Assembly: GCA_045863235.1 (NCBI GenBank)
Contig: BTUM01000015.1
Location: 32,001-96,000 of the forward strand
Length of the DNA: 64,000 nucleotides
Reading direction: 5' to 3'
Origin: Candidatus Xenobia bacterium
GTDB lineage: Bacteria > Vulcanimicrobiota > Xenobia > Xenobiales > QWHO01
In this document: one piece after another, positions 1-8,527 of the stretch
Numbering within the stretch: position 1 is the stretch's first letter
Layout of the letters: each line of letters starts with the position of its first letter
Notes under the pieces: generated by a model
Databases searched by the model: none
Told to the model about the DNA's origin: nothing
Seen by the model: only the letters and a program-made list of their open reading frames with translations
Program-made: the position numbers and the translations under genes

Positions 1-37
1 CGTATTTCTCCTTGACGATTTCGCGTACGTCACTCAT
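1..37 (-). CDS. arsM: 5' end of probable arsenite methyltransferase (runs off window edge)
   Basis: Minus strand ATG at 37 gives MSDVREIVKEKY, resembling ArsM N-termini; AAGGAGG RBS upstream; directly downstream of arsR. Only 12 codons visible. Confidence 0.55.
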   Translation of the reverse strand, partial: MSDVREIVKEKY

Positions 38-97
38 GAACAGCAGTCCTCCTTCATGGCGCCGCGGGGTGAGCGTGGCGCCGTTCAATCGATTTGT

Positions 98-439
98 CTA
101 CAGTCCCGCGCGTTCTGACTCTGAACAGGTTGACGCGCGAGACGGCAGGTTGCGGGTGCAGCATTGCGCCGTCAGGAACCCGAGCAGGCCCTGCAGCGTC
201 TCCCAGTTGACCCGGTAGCGCAGGTAGGTGCCCTCCCGGGTGGCGCTGAGAAGCTGCTCGTTCTTCATCTTGTCCAGATGATGCGACAGGGTCGAGGACG
301 GAATCTGGAGCTCTTCCTGAATCTCCTGCACCACCAGTCCGCCGGGAGAGGCCTCTACCAGCAGCTTGAGGATGCGCAGTCGCACCGGGTTTCCCAGGGC
401 GGCAAGGCGGTCAGCGTAAGCTTCCAAAAATTCATCCAT
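98..439 (-). CDS. arsR: ArsR/SmtB family transcriptional repressor
   Basis: ALGNPVRLRIL...STLSHHL wHTH, REG..LRY wing, C-terminal LTAQCC...C As(III)-binding type motif. Confidence 0.92.
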   Translation of the reverse strand: MDEFLEAYADRLAALGNPVRLRILKLLVEASPGGLVVQEIQEELQIPSSTLSHHLDKMKNEQLLSATREGTYLRYRVNWETLQGLLGFLTAQCCTRNLPSRASTCSESERAGL

Positions 440-474
440 ATTTCTAGAATAATCGAATCATGGGGGCTTGTCAA
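440..474 (-). promoter_or_regulatory. sigma70 promoter of arsR (leaderless), overlapping an imperfect AT-rich inverted repeat (likely ArsR operator)
   Basis: Minus strand TTGACA(474-469)-17 nt-TATTCT(451-446)-6 nt-ATG(439); ATTCGATTATTCTAGAAAT imperfect dyad covers the -10. Confidence 0.8.
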
Positions 475-528
475 GCCGGTAACATCCAGGTCCTGGGTCG
501 GGGTCTCGCGAGAGTGTAACCTGTTGCC

Positions 529-879
529 ATGGCACTCATTCACAACAGCGCCTGGGGTTACAGCCCGGTCGGGCGCGCTGAGCCCGACGGCTCGCTCCAC
601 GGCAATCCCTACGCCTGGCAACCGGTCGGGCGACGTGACCATGGCGGGCTGGTGCACGACAGCCCGTACGGCTGGAATCCGGTGGGACGGGTGGACGAGG
701 ACGGCATGATCCACAACTCCGCCTATGGCTGGAGCCCGGTGGGGCGCGTGGACGCCGACGGGCTGGTGCACAACTCGGCCTATGGCTACAGTCCCATCGG
801 TCACGTCGAAGGGGAGGATTCCTCGCGGCGCGAGACGGTGGAGCTCTCGGGAGCGGCCCTGCTCGTTCTGCTGGGCTGA
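529..879 (+). CDS. Small five-repeat protein (beta-flower-like)
   Basis: Five 19-aa repeats (L/I)VHNSAYGWSPVGRVDxDG plus hydrophobic tail GAALLVLLG; TAACCT-6 nt-ATG upstream. Confidence 0.75.
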   Translation: MALIHNSAWGYSPVGRAEPDGSLHGNPYAWQPVGRRDHGGLVHDSPYGWNPVGRVDEDGMIHNSAYGWSPVGRVDADGLVHNSAYGYSPIGHVEGEDSSRRETVELSGAALLVLLG

Positions 880-993
880 CCTGGTTCATTTTTCGGAAAC
901 CTCTCGGCAATCAGCCGGCTACAAGTCGGCAAGGACCGGGTAACCTGCCCGGGATACGATCTCCTCAGCAAACAAACTGAGGAGGAACCCCCG

Positions 994-1344
994 ATGATGC
1001 GAGTCGTCACCTTCACCACCCCCGAAGAGCACCCCATGCCCTGGCTCTTGTGCCGCCGTCCTGAGTTGCTGTTGTTCTTGTTTCCCACCGTCCAGGTCGA
1101 CGGTCACACTTTTCGCCCCGATGCTTTGCTGCGTTTGAACGAGGGTGGACGCAACCGCTTCGTGGCTGTCATGGTCGAGGAGAGCGGGCGAGAGCTCGAC
1201 GGTCGGATTCCGCTGCCTTTGCTCAAGCTGCGCTCGGTGCAGCTCCAGCCCTGCAATCTCTTTGGCTTGATCGCCCGGGTGCGTGAGCTGGTGGGCGCCG
1301 ACGCCCCCCGGCCGGAGACGGGCTGGCTGGAGGAGGTCGGTTGA
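994..1344 (+). CDS. Hypothetical protein, possibly degenerate Vsr/DUF559-like nuclease fold
   Basis: GAGGAGG RBS; VQVDGHTFRPDALL...FVAVMVEE pattern. Confidence 0.5.
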   Translation: MMRVVTFTTPEEHPMPWLLCRRPELLLFLFPTVQVDGHTFRPDALLRLNEGGRNRFVAVMVEESGRELDGRIPLPLLKLRSVQLQPCNLFGLIARVRELVGADAPRPETGWLEEVG

Positions 1345-1366
1345 TCAAATCGGAGAATTTCCCTCG

Positions 1367-1669
1367 ATGCGGAGTTTGCTGGTGGCGCTGGCTCTCCTGG
1401 TTCTGGGCAGTTCCTGCCTCGGGTGTGCCGGCCTGCGGGTGAGCCGAGCCGTCAAGCCGGCGACCACGCTTCCCCGCGCCACCGTGGTCCGGCAGGGAGC
1501 GCCTCTCACGACCTACCCGCTTCGTCAGACGCCGCCTCTCACGACCAATCCGCGTCGTCAAGCGCCCGACTCTGGGGCGGTGCGCAGAGCCGTGGACCTT
1601 GGCAGCGGCGTCCCGGATCTCCCCGGCTCTTCCTCCGATCCCACCGATCGGGAGAGAAAGAGACGCTGA
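1367..1669 (+). CDS. Putative exported/lipoprotein, Pro/Thr/Arg-rich
   Basis: MRSLLVALALLVLGSSCLGC signal peptide with possible lipobox; ends 6 nt before the next gene. Confidence 0.6.
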   Translation: MRSLLVALALLVLGSSCLGCAGLRVSRAVKPATTLPRATVVRQGAPLTTYPLRQTPPLTTNPRRQAPDSGAVRRAVDLGSGVPDLPGSSSDPTDRERKRR

Positions 1670-1675
1670 GGGCTC

Positions 1676-2728
1676 GTGAGGAAGGCGACCCTGCTGGCGC
1701 TGGTGCTGGCCCTCTCGTTGGCAGGCCTGTGTCAGTCCGGAAGCATCAGCGCACCCGACCCGTCTCAGGTCGGGGTGTTCCGCATCCAGTGCCAGGGTGA
1801 GCTTTTGCCTGGCGACATCGTCCAGGTGACGCGGGGCGAGCAGAGGTTGGGGGAGGCGACCGTCTTGAAGGCCGGCCCGGGAAGCGCGGTCATCTCCCTG
1901 CGCGGGGTCTACGAGGCCCGCTCGGGCGATCAGGTTCAGTTCCTGCGCCGTCCTCAGCAGACAGCGACCGGGCGCGCTCAGGTGGCCAGCAACGAGTATC
2001 GCATCGCCGAGCGCATGCTGGCCAGAGTGCTGCGAGAGTACCCCGAATCGCGCGATGCCCGCCAGAGCGAGCGGCTCAAGACGATCGGCGACAAGCTGGC
2101 CCGAGCCTCCGGCCGAGGCATCCCCTGGCATTTTTACCTGGTGCAGGCCGACGAGCCGAACGCATTTACCATCGGCGAGGGATTCGTCTTCGTGACCGAG
2201 CCCCTGCTGGCCATCGGGCTGAGTGATGACGAGCTGGCCGGGGTGCTGGCCCATGAGGTCGCTCATGGCACCGAGCGACACACGCTGCGCAAGTCCGACC
2301 TGAACCGCCAGCTCGAGCTGGCCCTCAAGGAGCTTGAGGAGGCCGAGGCTCTGGCCGATCGCTATTACGCCGAATACCAGAAGGAGGCCGGCGACCCCAA
2401 TGCCGAGGATCGTTATCGCAGCCGGATGGTGGCTGTCAGGCGCCGGGTCGACTCGGCCAAAGCGCGGCTCAAGAGCGTGGGGTATCAGGTCGATCACCAG
2501 ACCGAGTACAACCATTCCGATGAGATCGACGCCGACCTGAAGGGCCTGGAGCTGGCGGCCCGAGCAGGTTACGACTCGAATGGTCTCGATCAGGCTCTTG
2601 GCAAGCTCGAGCAAGACGGTTTCAAGCGTTTTGGTGATGCAGCTCTCAAAGGCGGGCAGACGCACCCGCCCATCGTCAAGCGCCGAGAGATCTTGCGCAA
2701 GGTGCAGGCATCGTGGCGACGGCGCTGA
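1676..2728 (+). CDS. M48 family zinc metallopeptidase, exported
   Basis: Signal peptide; PNAF, LAHEVAH (HExxH), EIDAD, THPP motifs. Confidence 0.92.
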   Translation: MRKATLLALVLALSLAGLCQSGSISAPDPSQVGVFRIQCQGELLPGDIVQVTRGEQRLGEATVLKAGPGSAVISLRGVYEARSGDQVQFLRRPQQTATGRAQVASNEYRIAERMLARVLREYPESRDARQSERLKTIGDKLARASGRGIPWHFYLVQADEPNAFTIGEGFVFVTEPLLAIGLSDDELAGVLAHEVAHGTERHTLRKSDLNRQLELALKELEEAEALADRYYAEYQKEAGDPNAEDRYRSRMVAVRRRVDSAKARLKSVGYQVDHQTEYNHSDEIDADLKGLELAARAGYDSNGLDQALGKLEQDGFKRFGDAALKGGQTHPPIVKRREILRKVQASWRRR

Positions 2729-2961
2729 GCGCTCCGGCCGGCGATTGACAGAGGCGGCCGCGTAGAGCATCAGTAGAAGTCGATTCTGATGTGCCCTCGG
2801 GCGCGCCGCCTGATCTTGGGGCTGTTCCTGGAGCCTCCGGACTGGACCTGGCCGTCGGGCCGCCCGGGTGGGGGATTGGCTCCAGGCCGGATCAAGATCC
2901 GCTTCCGGGCCGCCCAGACTCCCCTCAAGGCATGACGCCCGCCAGCGGCGAATCACGCAGC

Positions 2962-5154
2962 ATGCTCCTTCCGATCGGGTTCAATCCGATCTCGCCGCTG
3001 CCCCAGTCCGCCGCCTCGAGTTCCAGGCGAGAGTCTGAGCCGGTGGACGGCGTCGTTCTCAGCGATGGACAGCCCATCCAGCCCCATCGGCGTTTCGAAG
3101 CCTTCGACCCGAACAGCCAGCTGAGCCAGGTCCCCGGCGGCTGGATGGCTCAGGTGCCCGATTCGGTCCTGCTGCGCAGCACGTCCGAGTGGGGCCCGGG
3201 CTCGCAGGCCGAGCGTAAGGCCGCCTTCCAGAAGGTCGGGGAGGCGATCGAGAGCCCCACTCCCGAGAGCTTCGAGGCCTGGGCGATGGCCAGCAGCCAC
3301 CTCTCCGGCGCTGAATCCCTGGGCCAGCTCGCCGACGAGTTCGTCCTGGAGCACGCTCTGATGCGCAAGCGGGGGGACCGGCCCGCCGCGATCTGGGACG
3401 AGTACCAGTCGGCCCTGCGCTACCGGGGCCCCAAGGAGAACCGGCGCGGCGTGCTCGAGGTGGCGCTCGCGACCGAAGCCCACCCGCGCGAGGTCCAGGA
3501 GTTGCTCGGAAAACTGAAGCCCAACGCCGAGGAACTGAAGCTCCTGGCGACACTCTCTCCCAAGCTCGAGCGGGCCGGGAGGCTGCTCGAGCACCTCCGC
3601 GAGGCCAGGGACATCACGCCCGAGACGGCCGCCCTGGCGGCGCGACTGGACCTCCTCGTTCCAGACAAGCTTTTACCGGAGAGTTTGAAGCTGGCCATAC
3701 AGCTCAAGCCGGATTGTCTGGAGCTCCTGGGAGCTGCGATGCAGCGGGTGCAGTACCGTCTGCCCGCTGAGAAGGTTTACAACGCTCTGCAGGTTCCACT
3801 GGAATCTCCGCTGGACGAGCGCCTGGCGGTGTACGACAAGCTGTATCAGGCCGCCATTCCTCGCAAGTCACACGGAACGCCGCTGGGCACCTACGGCGGC
3901 GCCGAGGCCGCCGCCCAGGACTACACTCTCATCGCCGAGTCGATGCAGCCGGGGGAGACGCTGACGCAGGCGTTCGGGCGCTATGAGGGCCTCTTTGCGG
4001 AGCTGGCCAAGAACAACGACATCTACTCGATGAACTTCGACGACGCCAGAGACCTCCAGCTCTTGCACGGGGACCGGACCGAGCGCTATCTCAAGTACCG
4101 CGCTCTCTGTCTCCCTGGAATCTCAGGCAACGTGGATGCGAAGATGCTGCTGGAAGCGGAGTTCGCCGCTCCTGGAAGGCGTGAGGCTATCGATACCTTA
4201 CTGGCCGCCGGAGTTTCCGTGTCCGATACGCGCCGCGACCTGGATCTCTTCGACGTCGCCCCCGATCCGGAGCGGGTTAAGCTCCTCGTATACTGCCATA
4301 AGGCGATGCAGGGCGAGTTAGCCGGTGGGATGGCCGCTCAGGAGGCCTTCAAGCTTTTGGAGGAGGCCGGGCCCGAGCGCGCATCCGTCCAGGCGTACTA
4401 CGAGCAGCAGCTGGCTTTGCAGCCGAAGAGGCGGAGCGGCCTGACCAGTGACCTCCTCTGCTGCTGGCGCCAGCGGCAGCCTGACGAGAGCCTGCAGCAG
4501 ACGCACCAGCGCCTCCAGCAGTTGGACATAGGCGATGAGTACGCTCGACGCGCGCTCTTTGAAGCGTTGGGAGCGCGGGGCACGCCGCAGAACTTGATTC
4601 TGATGAGCCAGTGCTACGCCTTTACGGATTGGAAGCGGGACGAAGCCAGGCAGTTGTTTGACCAGTTGGAGGGAAGGGCCGACGGCCCGCTCACGCTGGC
4701 CGGCCGGGGCGAGGTGACGGGCCCCTACGGCGATCGCATGAAGCGAGTGCGCGAGCAACTGGACCCGGAGCGCCCGGGTCTGGAATGGCGTGGCCAGCAA
4801 TACTGCCGTTTCCGCGCGCTCGGGTTGGACCCGCTGGAAGCGCTGGCCTGGTCGGAGCAGCCCGAGAAGCTGGACGGCCTGCGCCAGTTCCGCAAAGAGG
4901 TGTATTCCAAGCAGACCAGGACCGCGCTGGAAGCCTATGATTGGCTGCACGCCGAGGGCCCCGAGCGGGTCGTGCACCGGCGCAAAGTCCTGGATGGCTT
5001 TCTGAGCTCCAATAAGCCTCTGGAGGAGGCGCTACAAGCCTGCCACGGCGAAGAGGCGCGCCTGATGCTGAGCAGTCCGCCTTCAGTGAGCAGCATCAAG
5101 AACCTTGGGGACGCCATCCAGATCGGTCCCGTGCGCCTCAAGAGGAGAGCATGA
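2962..5154 (+). CDS. Large alpha-helical hypothetical protein with conserved C-terminal tag
   Basis: Long ORF with coding-like codon use; start chosen at MLLPIGFNP (ORF is open from 2791); internal QPGETL/QPDESL repeats; ends SIKNLGDAIQIGPVRLKRRA. Confidence 0.8.
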   Translation: MLLPIGFNPISPLPQSAASSSRRESEPVDGVVLSDGQPIQPHRRFEAFDPNSQLSQVPGGWMAQVPDSVLLRSTSEWGPGSQAERKAAFQKVGEAIESPTPESFEAWAMASSHLSGAESLGQLADEFVLEHALMRKRGDRPAAIWDEYQSALRYRGPKENRRGVLEVALATEAHPREVQELLGKLKPNAEELKLLATLSPKLERAGRLLEHLREARDITPETAALAARLDLLVPDKLLPESLKLAIQLKPDCLELLGAAMQRVQYRLPAEKVYNALQVPLESPLDERLAVYDKLYQAAIPRKSHGTPLGTYGGAEAAAQDYTLIAESMQPGETLTQAFGRYEGLFAELAKNNDIYSMNFDDARDLQLLHGDRTERYLKYRALCLPGISGNVDAKMLLEAEFAAPGRREAIDTLLAAGVSVSDTRRDLDLFDVAPDPERVKLLVYCHKAMQGELAGGMAAQEAFKLLEEAGPERASVQAYYEQQLALQPKRRSGLTSDLLCCWRQRQPDESLQQTHQRLQQLDIGDEYARRALFEALGARGTPQNLILMSQCYAFTDWKRDEARQLFDQLEGRADGPLTLAGRGEVTGPYGDRMKRVREQLDPERPGLEWRGQQYCRFRALGLDPLEALAWSEQPEKLDGLRQFRKEVYSKQTRTALEAYDWLHAEGPERVVHRRKVLDGFLSSNKPLEEALQACHGEEARLMLSSPPSVSSIKNLGDAIQIGPVRLKRRA

Positions 5155-5294
5155 CGACCACCGCCTCTCACCAGATCGACAGCCTGCAGCCGAGGAGAGC
5201 CTGTTCCTAAGTCCTGGAGCAGGCGACCTGCCTCCGATACACTTTGGATACAATCAGGCCCCTGGAGGATACTCCCTTCGCTTAAGCTCGAGCC

Positions 5295-6062
5295 ATGCGA
5301 GCCCAACTGATCCTCCTCGTCCTGTTGCTGGCTGCAATGTGGCCCACCACCCCCCAGGTAGAAGCCATCTCCGGGGCCAGTGTCGACTTCTGGCTCGAGG
5401 GCGACTATCGCTACTGCGAGTCGAACGGTCTGCCTGACCACACTCCAGGCCAGTTTCCCAACCAGGGGAACCCCAACACGATCCGTCCCCAGCGCCTGTT
5501 CTACCGCATGCCCGCGCGGCCGGTGCGGCTCCTGTCTCCCATCCCCAGCGCCCCCATGCGCTTCGGGGTGGCACTCAACGGCGTGCCCTTCGACCCGGGT
5601 ACCGCCGAGCGCTATCAGGGATGGCGTTACGAGGCCATCGGGGGCTCCCTCGACCTGGGGCTGGACAAGCACCACGCTCACGTCCAGCCGACCGGGTCCT
5701 ACCACTACCACGGCATGCCTGTGGGTCTGATCCAGCGAGTGGGCAGCGGGACGCGCATGACGCTGGTGGGCTACGCGGCCGATGGCTTCCCCGTCTACAA
5801 CGACCGCGAGCTCGACGGGCGCAAGCTGCGCAGCTCGTTCAAGCTCAGGCCGGGTCTGCGGCCAGGCATCGGGGGGAAGTACGATGGCACCTTCACCGAG
5901 GACTACGAATGGCAGGAGGGCGAGCTGGACCTGTGCAACGGGCACTGGGGACGCACTCCCGAGCACAAGGACGGGACCTACCACTACCACCTGACCGAGA
6001 ATTTCCCGTTCGTGCCGCGCTGGTTCGCGGGGGCGCCCGATCCGAGCTTCGCCAGGAGGTAA
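5295..6062 (+). CDS. YHYH domain protein, exported
   Basis: Signal peptide; SNGLPDH, GVALNGVPF, AHVQPTGSYHYH, GYAADGFPVY, LDLCNGH, YHYH. Confidence 0.92.
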   Translation: MRAQLILLVLLLAAMWPTTPQVEAISGASVDFWLEGDYRYCESNGLPDHTPGQFPNQGNPNTIRPQRLFYRMPARPVRLLSPIPSAPMRFGVALNGVPFDPGTAERYQGWRYEAIGGSLDLGLDKHHAHVQPTGSYHYHGMPVGLIQRVGSGTRMTLVGYAADGFPVYNDRELDGRKLRSSFKLRPGLRPGIGGKYDGTFTEDYEWQEGELDLCNGHWGRTPEHKDGTYHYHLTENFPFVPRWFAGAPDPSFARR

Positions 6063-6063
6063 G

Positions 6064-6753
6064 GTGGGCTTTTCATCCCTGTCCGGACGTGGGCGCATCC
6101 TGGTGGCCGAGGACGAGCCCGAGCTGCGCGAGCTGATCCGCCGCTATCTCGAGGAGGAGGGCTTCGAGGTGCTGACCGCCGAGGACGGCCTCAAAGCGCT
6201 CGAGCTGGTGGGCAAGGAGGTGGACCTGGTGGTGCTCGACCTGCTCATGCCCAATCTGGACGGGCTCGAGGTGGTACGCCGCCTGCGGGCCTTCAGCGCC
6301 ATCCCGATTCTAATCGTGTCGGCCCGCGGCGAGGGCTCCGACCGGGTGATCGGCCTGGAGCTGGGGGCCGACGACTACCTCACCAAGCCCTTCATGCCGC
6401 GCGAGCTGGTAGCTCGCGTGAAGGCACTCTTGCGCCGATCCCGCTTGCCTGCGGCCAGCACCGCCAAGGTGGGCTCGCTCTTGCTCGACACCGAGAATCG
6501 CCGGGTGACGCTGGACGGCGAGCTGCTCGAGCTGACTCCCATCGAGTACGAGCTGTTGCGCGTGCTGGCCGGGGCCACGGGCAAGAACTTTACCCGTGAG
6601 GAGCTGCTCGACCGGGTCTGGGGCCCTGAATACCTGGGCGATACCCGGCGGGTCGATCTGTGCGTAAGCCGTTTGCGGGCCAAGCTGAACCGGCCGGGGC
6701 GCCCGGCGCCCATCCGCTCGGTGTGGGGCGTGGGCTACCGCTACGATCCGTGA
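6064..6753 (+). CDS. OmpR/PhoB family response regulator
   Basis: REC (EDE, LDLLMP, GADDYLTKPF) plus wHTH (LTPIEY, SVWGVGY). Confidence 0.95.
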   Translation: MGFSSLSGRGRILVAEDEPELRELIRRYLEEEGFEVLTAEDGLKALELVGKEVDLVVLDLLMPNLDGLEVVRRLRAFSAIPILIVSARGEGSDRVIGLELGADDYLTKPFMPRELVARVKALLRRSRLPAASTAKVGSLLLDTENRRVTLDGELLELTPIEYELLRVLAGATGKNFTREELLDRVWGPEYLGDTRRVDLCVSRLRAKLNRPGRPAPIRSVWGVGYRYDP

Positions 6754-8075
6754 GCCTCTGGCTGCGTCTGGCCCTGAGCTACCTGGCCGTCGTGGCGCTG
6801 TTCTTCGGCATCCTGGCTCTGGCGCGCCCCTCGCTGGCCCCGCGCCCGCGTCCGCCCCACACGGTGCTCGAGGACCTGCGTGCCAACCCTGAAACTCCAC
6901 TCCCGGCCGGTTCGAGAAGAACCGTGTATCCCGCTGAGGGGACTCCCAGGGCCCTGCAGGGACAGCTGGTGGACGTGAGCCCCGAGCAGCTGGCCGAGGC
7001 CCGTCAGGGGAAGCTGGTGGTGGCCGACCTGCCCGAGGAAGGCGGGTTCACCGGTCTGGTGATGCTCTCGGGTGGGGAGGTGCTGGCCCTGATGGCGCCA
7101 CCCCCCCCGTTCCGGCCGGCCGAGTTCGAGCAGATGGTGCGAATGGGTTACCTGCGGGCCGGCCTGCTGGCAGCTGTCATCTGCGTTCTTGTGGGCCTGG
7201 CCTTCAGCCGGGCTTTCACCCGGCCCTTGCGCCGTCTGGCGGCGGCCACGGAGGAGTTCGGGCCCGAGAATCTGACCTACCGCATCCCTGAGCACGGCCC
7301 CACAGAGCTGGCCGAGTTGAGCCGCTCCTTCAACCGCATGGCTGACCGGCTGCAGCACTCGGTAGAGACCCTGCGCGACTCGGAGGCCGCTCGGCGTGAG
7401 TTTCTGGGGGATGTCTCGCACAACCTGATGACTCCCCTGGCGGCCTCGATGGGCTGGGTGCAGGCCATGCTCGACGGCCTGACCCGCAGCCCCGAGGAAG
7501 AGCGCCGCCACCTCGAGCGCATCCAGCGCGAGCTGACCTTCGTATCTCGCAGCGTGCGCCGGCTGCTTGAGCTCTCGCGCTGGGAGCAGAGCGACCCCGA
7601 ACTGCGCTTTGAGACCTTCAAGCTGGTGGATCCTCTGATGGAAGTGGTGGAGACGCTGGAGGAGCAGGCAGCCGCCCGCAACGTGCAGCTTTCCTTCCAG
7701 GGTCTGGATTCTCGCTGGCAGGTGGAGGGAGACCGTGGTCGGGTGCGCGAGCTCTTGCAGATCTTGCTGGAGAACGCCGTGTTGCACGCGGGGGGTGACG
7801 TCACCGTGCGCCTGCTGGCCGAGCAGAAGGCCGGTCGGGTGTGGTTGACCATTGCCGACAACGGTTTCGGGATACCGGCCGAGGATCTACCCTTCGTGCG
7901 CAAGGGTTTTCGCCGCTCGTCGGGACGCAACACCGGGTTGGGGCTGGCCATCGCCGATCGGCTCGCGCGCTCGCACGGAGGGGTCCTCGAGCTGGAAAGC
8001 GAGACGGGCAAGGGAACGACGGTGCGCTTCAGTCTTCCGGCAGCGGAATCGGAAACATCCGGTTCACAAAGTTAA
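6750..8075 (+). CDS. HAMP-domain sensor histidine kinase
   Basis: Two TM segments, HAMP (ELAELSRSFNRMA), H-box VSHNLMTPL, N box ENA, DNGFGI, GLGLAI; GTGA overlap with the regulator. Confidence 0.93.
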   Translation: MSLWLRLALSYLAVVALFFGILALARPSLAPRPRPPHTVLEDLRANPETPLPAGSRRTVYPAEGTPRALQGQLVDVSPEQLAEARQGKLVVADLPEEGGFTGLVMLSGGEVLALMAPPPPFRPAEFEQMVRMGYLRAGLLAAVICVLVGLAFSRAFTRPLRRLAAATEEFGPENLTYRIPEHGPTELAELSRSFNRMADRLQHSVETLRDSEAARREFLGDVSHNLMTPLAASMGWVQAMLDGLTRSPEEERRHLERIQRELTFVSRSVRRLLELSRWEQSDPELRFETFKLVDPLMEVVETLEEQAAARNVQLSFQGLDSRWQVEGDRGRVRELLQILLENAVLHAGGDVTVRLLAEQKAGRVWLTIADNGFGIPAEDLPFVRKGFRRSSGRNTGLGLAIADRLARSHGGVLELESETGKGTTVRFSLPAAESETSGSQS

Positions 8076-8136
8076 CAAGTGTTCACAAAATGTCTACTTC
8101 GGGATGGGCCTGGACAGGGCTTCTCCTGTATATCCT
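8062..8136 (+). promoter_or_regulatory. OmpR-type direct repeats plus -10 element for the downstream small gene
   Basis: GTTCACAA(8062), GTTAACAA(8071), GTTCACAA(8081); TATCCT at 8131-8136 with a poor -35. Confidence 0.5.
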
Positions 8137-8170
8137 GACCTCAGAGCAAAAAGTAAAGGGAGGTCACCAG

Positions 8171-8443
8171 ATGATCAACGCCTTGAGTTCCGTCGGACAA
8201 GCGGGTGGCGCGGGTGGAGCGACCAAAACGCGCGAAGCGGGTGCCTCGGGGAGTGAGGAGATCCTCGCGCTCCTCATGAAGCTCTTACAAGACAAGCAGA
8301 GTGAGGGGCCCCAGGCCGGCGGCTCCCAGGGCGGCGGCGGATGTGCCGGCGGCGCCTGCGGCAGCGGCGGCGGGGGTTGCAAAGGCGGCAGCTGCGGCAA
8401 GGCCTGCGGCGGAGCCTGCCGAGCCAAGAAGGTAGGTGGCTGA
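8171..8443 (+). CDS. Small Gly/Cys-rich protein (90 aa, six C-terminal Cys)
   Basis: Strong RBS AAAGGGAGGT; MINALSSVG...GCAGGACGSGGGGCKGGSCGKACGGACRAKKVGG; followed by terminator. Confidence 0.8.
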   Translation: MINALSSVGQAGGAGGATKTREAGASGSEEILALLMKLLQDKQSEGPQAGGSQGGGGCAGGACGSGGGGCKGGSCGKACGGACRAKKVGG

Positions 8444-8481
8444 CGCTGACACCAGACGCAGAGTTCTGCGTCTCAACCGAG

Positions 8482-8510
8482 AGGCCGGGCCACAAGGCCC
8501 GGCCTTCTTT
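8482..8510 (+). terminator. Intrinsic terminator (preceded by a second hairpin at 8454-8473)
   Basis: AGGCCGGGCC-ACAA-GGCCCGGCCT followed by TCTTT. Confidence 0.7.
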
Positions 8511-8527
8511 GACCCGAGGAGGTTGGC

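Noticed and set aside
540..810. 57-bp periodic DNA repeats as a CRISPR array
   Set aside because: In-frame coding repeats varying at synonymous sites; no unique spacers or cas genes
2745..2935. TTGACA, dyad CATCAG..CTGATG and a 48-aa ORF (2789-2935)
   Set aside because: No properly spaced -10, no RBS, no recognisable motif; cannot be supported
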